Source of the DNA: Anaerohalosphaeraceae bacterium
GTDB taxonomy: Bacteria; Planctomycetota; Phycisphaerae; Sedimentisphaerales; Anaerohalosphaeraceae
Length of the DNA: 64,000 nucleotides
Assembly (NCBI GenBank): GCA_050309605.1
Contig: JBNRMN010000034.1
Span: 160,001-224,000, forward strand
Reading direction: 5' to 3'
The translations under genes were made by a program, and so were the position numbers. Positions 23,628-34,265 of this stretch are shown piece after piece. Each line of letters starts with the position of its first letter. Positions within the stretch are counted from its first letter, which is position 1. The notes beneath the pieces are model-generated. The model did not search any database. It saw only the letters and a list, made by a program, of their open reading frames with translations, and was not told the origin of the DNA.

Positions 23628-24398
23628 ATGCTGACACACTTGCGACAACCTGTTACTCGCCTGTGGGGTCGGGTGTGCCGGGGACTTGCCGGACTGGACG
23701 ACTTGCTGTTTCCGCCGTATTGCCTTCTTTGCAAGACGCCGATTGACAGGCAAAATGACGGCTTGTGCCTGGGTTGCTGGCAGGAGCTGACACGGAACGT
23801 TGCCGGCGATTACTGCCGTCGGTGCGGCCGCAACGCCAGCCCCTTCGGCATTGTCAACAACCGCTGCGGCGCCTGTCAGAACGAAACGCCCGCTTTCGAT
23901 GGTATCATCCGGGCCGGCGTCTATGAAACGGCCTTGCGCAGCCTGATTCTGGCGTTCAAATTCCACCAGCGCACGGAATACGCTCCGCGGCTTGGCCGCA
24001 TGATGCGCGACGCGCTGGCCGTCAGCGGCTTTGCGCGTCAAATCGACTTGTTCGTTCCCGTTCCTCTCCATTGGCGGCGACGACTGGAACGCGGCTATAA
24101 TCAGGCCTTCTATCTATCGCGGCATCTGTGTGCGCCGCCGGCTCGCATCTGTACCGACCTGGTCCGAACCCGCTACACCAAACGCCAGTGGAATCTAACC
24201 GAAGCCCAGCGCCGTCGCAACGTCAAAAACGCCTTTGCCGTCCGTCGCGGCCATCGCTTCGAAGGCAAATCCGTCGCCTTGGTCGATGATATCACGACCA
24301 GCGGCGCGACCTTAACCGAATGCGCCAACGTTCTCAAGGCCGCCGGTGCCAGACAGGTGTACGCCGTCGTGACTGCCGTCGCCCATCAGGACACGTAG
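23628..24398 (+). CDS. comF: ComF family protein (double zinc ribbon plus PRTase)
   Basis: Four CxxC motifs; PVPLH...RGYNQA; VDDITTSGAT. Confidence 0.88.
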   Translation: MLTHLRQPVTRLWGRVCRGLAGLDDLLFPPYCLLCKTPIDRQNDGLCLGCWQELTRNVAGDYCRRCGRNASPFGIVNNRCGACQNETPAFDGIIRAGVYETALRSLILAFKFHQRTEYAPRLGRMMRDALAVSGFARQIDLFVPVPLHWRRRLERGYNQAFYLSRHLCAPPARICTDLVRTRYTKRQWNLTEAQRRRNVKNAFAVRRGHRFEGKSVALVDDITTSGATLTECANVLKAAGARQVYAVVTAVAHQDT

Positions 24399-24462
24399 CC
24401 CCTGCAAAACAAAGGAAGCAGTAAGATAATTTCAAGTGAACTGACCGCGCATTGTCGATAAG

Positions 24463-24975
24463 TTATGCGCTGAGTTTTGCCAGTGCGTCGCGAATCAAGC
24501 CCTGAAGCACGCCGTCGGACAAATCTGCAAGCTCCGGCTCCGGATGGTCGGCCCGCGCCATCGCACCAAGGACACGCTGGGCGATCTTTTTATGGCGGTG
24601 CAGTGAATCGAATGTTTGCTCGGCCTGTGTCAGCTCCCCGTCGGCCATCTGACGAAGATACAGAATAGAATTCTTGATGATCTCTTTTTCTGCCGCCTTT
24701 TGGGCGTTTGGGTCGTCCTGAGGTCCGTCGTCAACCGGCTGACGTTCCTTTAATATCTTGTGTGTCAGGTCATACGTTTCACGCATCAGCTCATTGACCT
24801 GCGTTTCTTCGGCCTCGTCAATCGGTGTCAGCTTCAGCTCCGGTTCATCATTGGATTTCGGCAGGGGGATATAACACCGATGTTGGCAATACGGGCACTT
24901 GCCCCATTTACCCCCTGATTCGTCCGGCGCTTTGATTTTCTTTTTGCACGACTCACAATGAAAGCTGATCGCCAT
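24463..24975 (-). CDS. Hypothetical protein with N-terminal zinc ribbon
   Basis: MAISFHCESC...GKCPYC. Confidence 0.75.
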   Translation of the reverse strand: MAISFHCESCKKKIKAPDESGGKWGKCPYCQHRCYIPLPKSNDEPELKLTPIDEAEETQVNELMRETYDLTHKILKERQPVDDGPQDDPNAQKAAEKEIIKNSILYLRQMADGELTQAEQTFDSLHRHKKIAQRVLGAMARADHPEPELADLSDGVLQGLIRDALAKLSA

Positions 24976-25063
24976 GGTCCTGCCCTCTATGAAATAACAT
25001 TACACCGTATTTGATTGTCCGTCCACACAGCCGCGACAGAGCGTTAAAATCGGTACGCCTGGA

Positions 25064-25423
25064 TTATTGCCCCGCTTCGGCTGAATAGTCCGCCCGCACC
25101 TCGGTGGTGATCCCGCCGCGCGGCGTAAACTGGGAGGTGATTCGCATCCAGCGCGGCTGGCAGGCCGAAACAAGATCATCCAAAATATCGTTGGTCAATC
25201 GCTCATAAAAAATCCCCTGATTGCGGAAACTCTGCATATAAAATTTCAGACTTTTCAGCTCAATGCAGGATTTATCAGGGACATACTCAATCAGGATTTC
25301 GCCAAAATCCGGTTGTCCCGTCTTGGGACATACGCTCGTAAACTCCGGACAGTGGATCGTAATGGTGTAATCCCGGCCGGGACGGGGATTGTCAAACAGT
25401 TCGATGGTCGGCTTATCACTCAT
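25064..25423 (-). CDS. queF: NADPH-dependent preQ0 reductase (short type)
   Basis: [23 protein letters not shown] and PRGGI motifs. Confidence 0.95.
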   Translation of the reverse strand: MSDKPTIELFDNPRPGRDYTITIHCPEFTSVCPKTGQPDFGEILIEYVPDKSCIELKSLKFYMQSFRNQGIFYERLTNDILDDLVSACQPRWMRITSQFTPRGGITTEVRADYSAEAGQ

Positions 25424-25530
25424 ACAGATTTCCAATCCGTCAAAAAAACAGTGCGTTTTTGTTCAAAAAATGCTAAATTACCTGTGTATTTTAGTGCAAA
25501 CCGGAATTGTTATCAAGGAATTCGACAAAA

Positions 25531-26226
25531 ATGTCCACGAAATCAGCGATCATCTTGCTCAGCGGGGGGCTGGACTCGGCCACCACACTGGCCATGGCCA
25601 AAGACCAGGGGTACGACTGTTACGCAATGACGTTTCAGTACGGTCAGCGACACGCCCGCGAAATTCAGGCGGCCCGGCGAATTGCAGCGGCCTTCGATGT
25701 GCACGAGCACAGATTCATCGCGATTGATTTGGCGGCTTTCGGCGGGTCGGCCCTGACGGATCCGGCCCTTGCGGTACCTTCTGATAGAACTGACATATCC
25801 TCTGAAATACCAATTACTTATGTTCCTGCTCGCAACACTGTTTTTCTCAGTTATGCACTGGCCTGGGCCGAGGTGCTGGGGCTGTGGGATATCTTCATCG
25901 GCGTCAACGCCCTCGATTACAGCGGCTATCCCGACTGCCGGCCGGCCTTTGTTGCAGCCTTTGAGACCATGGCCAATCTGGCAACCGCCAGGGCCGTGCA
26001 GGGGCAGGGGACCTATCGTATCCGCACGCCGATTATCGAGATGACCAAGGCCCAAATCATACGCAGGGGGATTGAATTGGGCGTCGATTACGCCCTGACC
26101 CATAGCTGCTACGATCCCGACCCCGCAGGCCGTGCATGCGGCCGCTGCGACGCCTGCCGACTGCGGCTCAAAGGCTTCGAACAGGCCGGACTGCGCGATC
26201 CGATAGAATACGCAAAATATCAGTAG
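25531..26226 (+). CDS. queC: 7-cyano-7-deazaguanine synthase
   Basis: LSGGLDS, TYVPARN, GYPDCR and SCY...CGRCDAC motifs. Confidence 0.96.
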   Translation: MSTKSAIILLSGGLDSATTLAMAKDQGYDCYAMTFQYGQRHAREIQAARRIAAAFDVHEHRFIAIDLAAFGGSALTDPALAVPSDRTDISSEIPITYVPARNTVFLSYALAWAEVLGLWDIFIGVNALDYSGYPDCRPAFVAAFETMANLATARAVQGQGTYRIRTPIIEMTKAQIIRRGIELGVDYALTHSCYDPDPAGRACGRCDACRLRLKGFEQAGLRDPIEYAKYQ

Positions 26227-26401
26227 CGCTGCGGTGCGAGCCGCCCCATAATCGTCCGGTTAGCCGAGCCATTTCGATGCAACTGGCGGCACCCCCTTAA
26301 ACACCGCCATTTGCCCAAAAAAAATGCTTTTATCGACGCGATATTCAGGGTATAGTGGTCTGACAAAGACAAGTTTGATGTGAGCACAGCGAGGTGTAAC
26401 A

Positions 26402-27367
26402 ATGACAGAACGGATTCCCAAAGTCCTTGTGGTCGGGCCGACCTATGTGGATATGGCGGTCAAATGCGAGCTGTTTCCCGAACCCGGCAGGCCGGTCGAA
26501 GGGTCCGGTTTTTCCTGCGTGTCGACCGGCGCGGGACTGAACGAGGCAATTCAGGCCGCCCTGTGCGGCGCCGAGGTCTATTTGCTTTCGCGTATCGGCG
26601 AGGACTGTTTCGGCGAGATGATCAAACAAACCCTGCGGCGGTACGGCGTGTCCACGGATCTGGTTTACTTGACTCAGGCCATCAGTACCGGCATCGTCGT
26701 AACGATGGTGGACGGCAACGGCGAAAATCGAAGCTGCCGCTCAGCCGGCGCCAATCGGGTGCTCGGACGGGATGAAATCGAATACGCCGGGGCCGAACAG
26801 CTCATTCAGACGGCCGATGTCTGTCTGGTCAGCGACGGCATCCCGCCGACGGCGGCGGTCTCGGCCATCCGCACGGCCGGCCTGCACAAAACCCGCGTCG
26901 TGCTCGAAGCACGCCTGCCGGGCGTGGAGCGGCAGGTGCTGCGGTCGATTGACTGGCCGGTCGATTTCTTCAATGCCGATGTCATTATTTTGCGATTTGA
27001 AGGCATTGTTTGCGCCTCGGAGCTTGGCGCCGGCGGCGACGGCGACCTGAAATTTATCGGCACCGAGCTGGTCGCCTGCGGCGCCCGATGCGTTGTCATC
27101 AGCATGGGTTGGCACGGCGCGCTGGTCATCGACCGACATGGACAGCGGCGCATACCCGGCATTACACTGGATGTGGTCGATCAGACCGGCTGTGAGTCGG
27201 CCTTTGCCGGTGCCCTGGCCGCAAGCTGCGGCAGCGGTGACGATCCCGACAGGGCGGTCAAGTTTGCCGTCGCCGCCGAGACACTGGCCCGAAGCCGTTT
27301 CGGCCTGCACGACGCACTGCCCAAAAAAGAAGATATCCTCATGCTCCTGCAAGACCAGCCGGATTGA
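26402..27367 (+). CDS. PfkB/ribokinase-fold protein with degenerate catalytic motifs
   Basis: Ribokinase-like layout (VLVVG...D, IGEDCFG, GENR), but DQTGCESAF stands in place of DTTGAGDxF. Confidence 0.8.
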   Translation: MTERIPKVLVVGPTYVDMAVKCELFPEPGRPVEGSGFSCVSTGAGLNEAIQAALCGAEVYLLSRIGEDCFGEMIKQTLRRYGVSTDLVYLTQAISTGIVVTMVDGNGENRSCRSAGANRVLGRDEIEYAGAEQLIQTADVCLVSDGIPPTAAVSAIRTAGLHKTRVVLEARLPGVERQVLRSIDWPVDFFNADVIILRFEGIVCASELGAGGDGDLKFIGTELVACGARCVVISMGWHGALVIDRHGQRRIPGITLDVVDQTGCESAFAGALAASCGSGDDPDRAVKFAVAAETLARSRFGLHDALPKKEDILMLLQDQPD

Positions 27368-27461
27368 GAACGATGAGAATCCAAATGGAAGGATGAGAAA
27401 TGGACAGTTTTGCATACTGGATATTTGGATATCAGAAGTTTTCTGAGCCTCAATAATAACA

Positions 27462-28367
27462 ATGAAAAATTCTAAAACATCTTTGCGACTGCTGCTGACC
27501 CTGTTGCTGTGGGGTCTAACGGTTTCCGCTGAAATGCCTGCATCGGCAATCGACCCCAATGTCGTCGAACAGCCCGTCAGCCTTGACCATTTACCGGATG
27601 TCAGTTATGCGTTTTATCCATTTGATGAGCCGCGGCCGATTCGCGTACACGTGCTGGAGATTGATCTTTCGCAGGACACGGTCGAGCCGGTAGTTGTCAT
27701 CGGCGACAATCCGCCGGAAGAAGACCGAAACGCCGTCCGTGCCGATCCGCGCAAGCTGGCCGCCCATCCGCATCTGATGGCGTTTGTCAACACCAATCCC
27801 TGGACGCCATGGGGGCCGATTTATCCGATAAACGTGACGATTACCGGTCTGGCCGCAGCCAACGGCGTGGTTCGCAGCCCGCATCGCGGCGTATCGGTCT
27901 GGACGAATAAACAAGGCCGCGTTTTTATTGGCGATCCAAAAGACACCGAGATTCAGGAAGGCGTTGGCGGCTTTGAGCAAATCCTCAAGGCCGGTCAGAT
28001 CATCGTCGAAAAGGGCGGTCCGTTGCATCCGCGCACGGCCATCGGCGTCAATGAACACGGCGATCGGTTGTATCTGGCGGTTGCCGACGGGAGACAGCCG
28101 GGGTTCAGTGAAGGCATGAGTCTGGAAGAATTGGCAGCGCTCATGAGCGATCTGGGCTGTTGGGACGCCGCCAATATGGACGGGGGCGGCAGCAGCGTCC
28201 TGGGCATTGTCGATAAGAACGACCGGATTCGCATCCTCAACCGACCGCCCGGCCCGCCGGGTTATTTACGCCCGCTGCCTATCATTTTAACCCTCCGTCA
28301 TAAGCAGACCCCCGACGAACTGGATCAGCTTGGATGCCCCAAAGAAAATGAAACAGGGGGGAAATGA
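27462..28367 (+). CDS. Exported phosphodiester glycosidase (NAGPA-like) family protein
   Basis: Signal peptide; HPRTAIG, DGRQ and NMDGGGSS motifs. Confidence 0.88.
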   Translation: MKNSKTSLRLLLTLLLWGLTVSAEMPASAIDPNVVEQPVSLDHLPDVSYAFYPFDEPRPIRVHVLEIDLSQDTVEPVVVIGDNPPEEDRNAVRADPRKLAAHPHLMAFVNTNPWTPWGPIYPINVTITGLAAANGVVRSPHRGVSVWTNKQGRVFIGDPKDTEIQEGVGGFEQILKAGQIIVEKGGPLHPRTAIGVNEHGDRLYLAVADGRQPGFSEGMSLEELAALMSDLGCWDAANMDGGGSSVLGIVDKNDRIRILNRPPGPPGYLRPLPIILTLRHKQTPDELDQLGCPKENETGGK

Positions 28368-29514
28368 CTTGAATTTTGTGCGAAAACACGATATTCTTGA
28401 CGCCTCACAGGTGATGTCCGAACTTATCGGCGGCCATCCGATCCATTTGGAACAATGCCGCATCAGAGGAACAATGGATTTAAACGCCGCACTGGTAAAT
28501 GCGTCCGCAGAAAGGGACGAGACGATCTCACGTTCTATCACTCTGACACAAGACATCCATTTTAACAATTGCACATTTGAAGAAGATGTCTCCTTTTCCG
28601 GTCCGTGGGAAAACACCGAGAGTCTGCGTGTGATCTTTAAGGGCGATGTGCGTTTTAATATGTCTGTTTTTTCAGGACAGGCGCGGTTCATCGGTGCGAC
28701 GTTCGAAAAAACCGCCGGTTTTGACGGCTGTACATTCCAGCGGGTCTGTGCGTTTCGGGAAGCAGTTTTCGGCGGACGGACACTGTTTCGCACCGTAATG
28801 TTTGACGGATACGTGCTGTTTAATAAAGCGCAATTCGTCGAAGACGCCCGGTTTATCAATACCTGTTTTAGCAAAGGCGCCAATTTTACCGAGACAATTT
28901 TTCGAAGCAAAGCCGATTTTCAGGGCGTCTATTCCCGCGGACGAACCATCCCGCAGATTGACGGTGTGTGTTTTCAGCGCAAACGATTTGGCGATGAGGT
29001 TACATTTTGGCGTTTCATGAAACAAGTCAGCCAGGAAGCGGGATTGTATCGGGATGCCGGGCAATGCTTTTACAAAGAACAATGTGCGCATTTCTGGCAG
29101 CGGTTTCGCGGTCCGGATTATTGACGGCTCTCGGCAGCAGGGAAAGCTTTACGCTGGGCCGCGGGCTTTCGATTGATACCTGAACTGTTGCTCGGTCGTC
29201 TTCTGTTCGGTTACGGCGAAAGACCGATCCGCGTATTGACCGCCGCGGGACTATTGATTCTGGTGTGCGGTCTGTTTTACAGCTCGCCGCTGGCGCGGTT
29301 TTCCATTGCAAACGATCCGACACGCGATCAATTAACGCTGCTGGAAGGCATATTTTACAGTACGACAACGTTTACCACACTGGGGCTGGGAGATTTTGCG
29401 CCGGCCACGGCATCAACGCTGACCAAATTGGTTACGATGTTTGAGGCGTTTACCGGCGCTTTTTTGATTGCGCTGTTTGTCGTGTGTTTTTGGAAGCGTT
29501 TCTCACGCGGGTAA
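28330..29514 (+). pseudogene. Pentapeptide-repeat plus 2TM K+-channel-like gene interrupted by one in-frame TGA (29122-29124)
   Basis: ORFs 28330-29124 and 29173-29514 share a frame with no other stop between them. The first has F-x4 pentapeptide repeats; the second has GYGERP and the pore-like YSTTTFTTLGLGD. Confidence 0.7.
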
Positions 29515-29684
29515 GGAACAGGGAAGTCGTATTTGTAAGACTTTACCAAAAATGAAGCAACGCCTTAATGGGTCGTATGACTGCCCTGTCCAAAGTCCGA
29601 TAATGTATCTTATGTTGCATTCAGCGGAAAAACTTTATCCAGGAGTAATTTCAGGGAGATTTTAGCGGGATTCTATCGTCCGCC

Positions 29685-31295
29685 TCAGCCGGATTTCATT
29701 GCCGCTAAATTGCCGGCTGTTTCAATCATCCGATGCCAATTGGTAAAGGCCCGATCTACCAAGCCGAGGTTTTCAAGAATCGTCTCCAGATTGGTATGCA
29801 CTTCGGTATCCTGAATCGGCTCACCGACCTGCATCTGAACTTGCCGCAAGGCCCTGGCAAAGGCCGGCCGGTCACAATACAAAATGGCCGTGCGATAATA
29901 CAAGTGGAACATTGCCGCAGGGATCGGTTCGGTTGTACGCAGCGTTGCCAGCGCCTCATCCACTTGACCGTTGTCAAATTGGCACAGACACAGCTTACTG
30001 CGGGCACGGTAATGAATCGGATTCAGCCGGATTGTGTTTTCGAATGCCTCAATGGCCTCGGTGTAATTATTTTCGACCATCATCAGGATGCCGTACTTAT
30101 AATGCACATCCGCCCGCGATTCGAGGTGTCTGACCTGATCATGATGTGCCCGAATGACATCGTTAATCATCACAACGACCCGTTCGGACGGCTGTGAATC
30201 CGGTTTGTTGTCGTCCACAATAGTCTGAAAATGAAGAGTCGCCGCCTCCGAAAACAGTAATGTGCTGTTTTGCTGAATGGACGATGTCAGTGACAATGTC
30301 CGTCCGGCTTCATCAATATCCCCTGCGGCCTGGTGCGCTGCGGCCAGCCCGATATACGCATCGACGATTTCGTCGTTCAGTTCGGCGGCCCGATTGAACT
30401 GCTCTGCGGCCAGCGAGAACCGTCGGCTGCGCAGGTAATGTGTCCCCAGTTTTATCATCGCTTCAAGTGAATTGGGTTGGCAGCGAATGGCGTTTTCATA
30501 GCAGGCGATTGCCTCGCCGTCCCGACCCCATCGCCCGTACACTTCGGCCATGCGAACAATCAAATCCGGCATTGGCCCGACCTGCTCGATAAGCCAATGG
30601 ATTTTTTCGAGCGCCTGTTCGTACAAGCCGTTTTCAACCAGGGCGTCGATGTCATCGTTTTCGCCCACATCCAGAAAATTATCGGGATGTGAAATAATCG
30701 CCAGATTGAACATATCAATCGCTTGTTCGGTTTGTTCGGTCGTCAGATAGAGATAGCCGAGCAGCACCATTGAGGTAATGTCGTCGGGATGTTCGCGGAT
30801 CAGCAATTCATACTCCGCGACCGCTTTGTCCAAATGCCCCAACCGCAGACTGATCGCCGCCAGCCGCTGCCGAGGCAATTGCAGATGATGCTGAAATTTC
30901 AGGCAATCCTGGTAACATTCCGCCGCTTCGGCCGATTGACCGAGCCGTTCGCGGCAGTATCCCATAATGTACAAGGCCATCGTATTGGACGGCTGACGAA
31001 AATATACACTTAGGGCCTGCTCCAGCGCTTCGACTGGTTCGTTGTTTCTCAGACACAGCGCCGCGGCGGCCATCCGACCCAGACAGCATTCCGGAAAGTC
31101 GTGCAGATAGCGCCGGAGTTTGTCCTCGGCCTGAACCATTTCGTGGTTGGCCAGATGCTCAATGATGCCGGCAAGTTGGTCTTTTGCGTTCGGGTCGTTT
31201 ATTTTTTGTGGAAGATTCTGATCCAGCCAGTGCCATATCAATTCCACCGTGTCAAGGGCGATTCCTTTTCCAAAGATCTCAAGCAGTTTGCTCAT
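29685..31295 (-). CDS. TPR-repeat protein
   Basis: Multiple TPR units (EAIACYENAIRCQP, EAIEAFENTIRLNP). Confidence 0.85.
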   Translation of the reverse strand: MSKLLEIFGKGIALDTVELIWHWLDQNLPQKINDPNAKDQLAGIIEHLANHEMVQAEDKLRRYLHDFPECCLGRMAAAALCLRNNEPVEALEQALSVYFRQPSNTMALYIMGYCRERLGQSAEAAECYQDCLKFQHHLQLPRQRLAAISLRLGHLDKAVAEYELLIREHPDDITSMVLLGYLYLTTEQTEQAIDMFNLAIISHPDNFLDVGENDDIDALVENGLYEQALEKIHWLIEQVGPMPDLIVRMAEVYGRWGRDGEAIACYENAIRCQPNSLEAMIKLGTHYLRSRRFSLAAEQFNRAAELNDEIVDAYIGLAAAHQAAGDIDEAGRTLSLTSSIQQNSTLLFSEAATLHFQTIVDDNKPDSQPSERVVVMINDVIRAHHDQVRHLESRADVHYKYGILMMVENNYTEAIEAFENTIRLNPIHYRARSKLCLCQFDNGQVDEALATLRTTEPIPAAMFHLYYRTAILYCDRPAFARALRQVQMQVGEPIQDTEVHTNLETILENLGLVDRAFTNWHRMIETAGNLAAMKSG

Positions 31296-31516
31296 TCGGT
31301 ATTCCGGCTCGGTAGTTAATAAATTCTCGTTCAAAGCTGTTAACGCTGTATCGGCTGAACACCGGCGGCGTTTAAGGACAAGCTCTGAAAAGAATTCCCC
31401 GAATGAGCAATTCTGAGGGAAAAGTTGTGGACTATACCGGCTGTATCGATTGTTTGGTGCAGGCCGAAACTCGACACCGGATCAAATGAGATGCGCTGCT
31501 CAAGGTCCTATAAAAC

Positions 31517-31990
31517 CTAAGTTTGCCTTGTCTGCTGTACATTCTGCTCAATTTCAGTCAGATAAGCCAGCGTGCGCTCAAGCTTGTCGGTCAGGTGTTT
31601 GAGTCGCAGCATGGTCTTGACGCGGGTCAATAATTCCCATTTGTTGATGGGTTTGCTGATGAAATCATCCGTTCCGCATTGAATCGCCCGCTCGATGTCT
31701 CCGATCTCGTTTAAGGCCGTGACCATAATGATCGGGATGTCGGCGGTTTTGGGATTATTTTTCAGCTTGCGGCAGACCTCAAACCCGCTGATTTTGGGCA
31801 TCATCACATCCAGCAGTATCAAGTCCGGCGGGTTATTGCGGACGATTTCAAGGGCTTGCAGCCCCCCTTCCGCGGCCAGGGTTCGGCAATCCAGATCCTC
31901 AAGGTAAGCCAGAATCAGCTCAAGATTATGCAGGTTATCGTCAACCACAAGCACAACGGGTTTGTGGTTATTGTTCTGTACCATATCCAT
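31517..31990 (-). CDS. Single-domain response regulator with a short coiled-coil tail
   Basis: VLVVDD, DLILLDVMMP, MVTA and FISKP motifs. Confidence 0.92.
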   Translation of the reverse strand: MDMVQNNNHKPVVLVVDDNLHNLELILAYLEDLDCRTLAAEGGLQALEIVRNNPPDLILLDVMMPKISGFEVCRKLKNNPKTADIPIIMVTALNEIGDIERAIQCGTDDFISKPINKWELLTRVKTMLRLKHLTDKLERTLAYLTEIEQNVQQTRQT

Positions 31991-32146
31991 TATCCCTTAA
32001 ATCAAACAAATGATTGTCGCGCTATTGTCCGTTCAAGAAAATTATCACAACTGCCGATAAAGAAATATGTAAATCGTGTAATCTGAGTTGATCTTAACCG
32101 GGCATAATAAAAAATCAATGTTAAATTTCATGGGAGAGGGACGCCT

Positions 32147-32911
32147 GTGCGACTGCTGGAGAATCGACAAACCCTGCACCGACGATTGACGGTACTTGAA
32201 GAGAGTCACCAACACCTATTACGGCAGCTTCAGCAGGCCCAACGGCTCAGCGGATTGGGACTGGCTTGGGCAATTACAGCCCACGAGCTGAACAATTTGC
32301 TGACATCCATGACCAATTATGCACGTCTTTCGCTGCACTACCCCGATGACCGGCAACTGAGCACAAAAGCCCTTGAAAAAACAGTGTTCATTGGGCAGCG
32401 TGCCGCCGATATACTCGAAAAAGTGATGGATCTGGCTTCCGGCAAGGCCATGGAGACCGAACGGATCGAAATGGACACCCTGCTGGATGACGTGTTGTTG
32501 TGTATCGGGCGGGATTTCGAAAAAGACGGCATTACGCTGGTGCGTCGCTGTCCGTCGGGGATTTCGGTGCGGGGGGATCGGGTGTTGCTGGGACAGGTCT
32601 TGTTGAACCTTCTGCTGAACGCCCGTCGGGCGATGCTTGCCCACGGCGGGACCCTTCATATGACCGTGCAATCCACCCCGAACGGAACACAGATCGAGAT
32701 TGCCGACAGCGGCAGCGGCATGTCTCCGGAGGTCATATCGCGTATTTTTGAGCCGTTTTACAGCGGCAGCGAGGTTCAGGCGGATTACGAGGGCAAGGGG
32801 TTGGGATTGTTTTTCTGCAGACAAATCATCGAAGCTCACAACGGAAGCATTCAGGTCCAATCCGCACCGCAGCGCGGAACAACCTTCAGGATTCTGTTGC
32901 CAACCGACTGA
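32147..32911 (+). CDS. Cytoplasmic histidine kinase with no sensor domain
   Basis: H box AHELNN, N box NLLLNA, DSGSG, IFEPF and GKGLGL. Confidence 0.9.
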   Translation: MRLLENRQTLHRRLTVLEESHQHLLRQLQQAQRLSGLGLAWAITAHELNNLLTSMTNYARLSLHYPDDRQLSTKALEKTVFIGQRAADILEKVMDLASGKAMETERIEMDTLLDDVLLCIGRDFEKDGITLVRRCPSGISVRGDRVLLGQVLLNLLLNARRAMLAHGGTLHMTVQSTPNGTQIEIADSGSGMSPEVISRIFEPFYSGSEVQADYEGKGLGLFFCRQIIEAHNGSIQVQSAPQRGTTFRILLPTD

Positions 32912-32969
32912 CAAGGCGGTATAACGGCTCTGTTGAAGCGGTTTAATATCGGCAAAACAGAGAGGGATT

Positions 32970-34265
32970 GTGGCGACGTTTTTACTTCATTCAATTTGGC
33001 AGCTTTCAGCGATGACGGCGCTGCTGCTGGCATCGGGATTTTGCTCAGGCTCGGAGACGGCGTTCTTTCATCTGTCGCGCAGACAGGTTCGACGGTTTTC
33101 CGCCTCGCCGGCGCCGCTTGAACGGCTGGCGGCCTCGCTGCTGAGCAACCCCAACCGGTTTTTGACCGCCCTGCTGTTTGCCAATATGACGGTCAATGTG
33201 CTGTATTTTGCCACCTCAAGTATGCTGTCAATTCAGGCGGGCCGTGCAGGCGGTGTCGCTGCCGGCGCCGCGGCGGCGTTTGTGAGTTTTCTGGCACTTT
33301 TGCTGGGCGGCGAGATGCTGCCCAAGTCGCTGGCTTACGCCAATACACGTCAGTTTTGCTTGTTTGCCTCACCGGCCTGTTACGTGCTGCTGCGGGCGCT
33401 GTCGCCGCTGCTGGCGGTTCTGGATCATGTGCTTGTCCAGCCTGCGGTGCGGCTTTTGGTGCACCCGGCGGCTCAGTCGTCGCCGATTACCGCCGATCAG
33501 CTCAGGATGCTGCTGGACAAGACGCGGCGAAAAGGCTGGATCGGAGACGATGAAAACCTGCTGCTGGCCGAGATTTTGAAGTTCGGATTCTTAAAGGTGC
33601 GCCATATTATGCAGCCGCGCGTCGAGATGCCCGCCTGTTCAATAACGCTTACGTCCTCTCAAATTCGGGCAATGATGTATCAACATCAATTGGTCAAGAT
33701 ACCCGTTTATAAACAGTATATCGACGCCATTGCCGGCGTGGTGTATCTGCGCGATCTGCTGCTGAATCCCGATCGAGAGCCGGCTCACCTGGTGCGGCCG
33801 GTCGTGTATGTGCCGGAACAGAAAAGCGTTGAATCGCTGATTGAGTTTTTTCGTACCAGCGGCGAAAATATGGCGATTGTTGTGGACGAATACGGCGGCA
33901 TCGCCGGGTGGGTTCGTTTTGAGCACATCATCGAGCAGTTGCTCCAGCCGATGGAAGACGGCGGTACAGAACGCCCCATCGAGCAAATCGGTCCGCTGTC
34001 CTATCGACTGGAGGCGGATTTGTCGATTTACGACTGGAAAGATGCCTTCGGCATTGACCTCGAAGAGACCCATTTGACCACGGTCGGGGGGTTTGTTACC
34101 GCCCTGCTCGGCCGCATCCCCCGCCCCGGCGACGAAGCCCGCCTGAAAAATCTGAAATTCTCCGTTGAAAGCGTTCGCAATAATCGCATCCATACCGTGG
34201 TGCTGACGCTGGAGCCGATTCTTGACAAAACCTTGCCGCAGACGGACAACGGAGCGAGGGCATGA
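32970..34265 (+). CDS. CNNM/DUF21-CBS-CorC (hemolysin-like) protein
   Basis: SGSETAFF, GEMLPK, VVDEYGG and TVGGFV motifs. Confidence 0.92.
   Translation: MATFLLHSIWQLSAMTALLLASGFCSGSETAFFHLSRRQVRRFSASPAPLERLAASLLSNPNRFLTALLFANMTVNVLYFATSSMLSIQAGRAGGVAAGAAAAFVSFLALLLGGEMLPKSLAYANTRQFCLFASPACYVLLRALSPLLAVLDHVLVQPAVRLLVHPAAQSSPITADQLRMLLDKTRRKGWIGDDENLLLAEILKFGFLKVRHIMQPRVEMPACSITLTSSQIRAMMYQHQLVKIPVYKQYIDAIAGVVYLRDLLLNPDREPAHLVRPVVYVPEQKSVESLIEFFRTSGENMAIVVDEYGGIAGWVRFEHIIEQLLQPMEDGGTERPIEQIGPLSYRLEADLSIYDWKDAFGIDLEETHLTTVGGFVTALLGRIPRPGDEARLKNLKFSVESVRNNRIHTVVLTLEPILDKTLPQTDNGARA

Noticed and set aside
25064..26226. queC/queF as part of a 7-deazaguanine DNA-modification or Qat-type defence system
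   Set aside because: Both are canonical in size and motifs, and no dpdA/tgt-like, nuclease or ATPase genes are adjacent. Ordinary queuosine synthesis explains them. No preQ1 riboswitch was recognised in the spacer.
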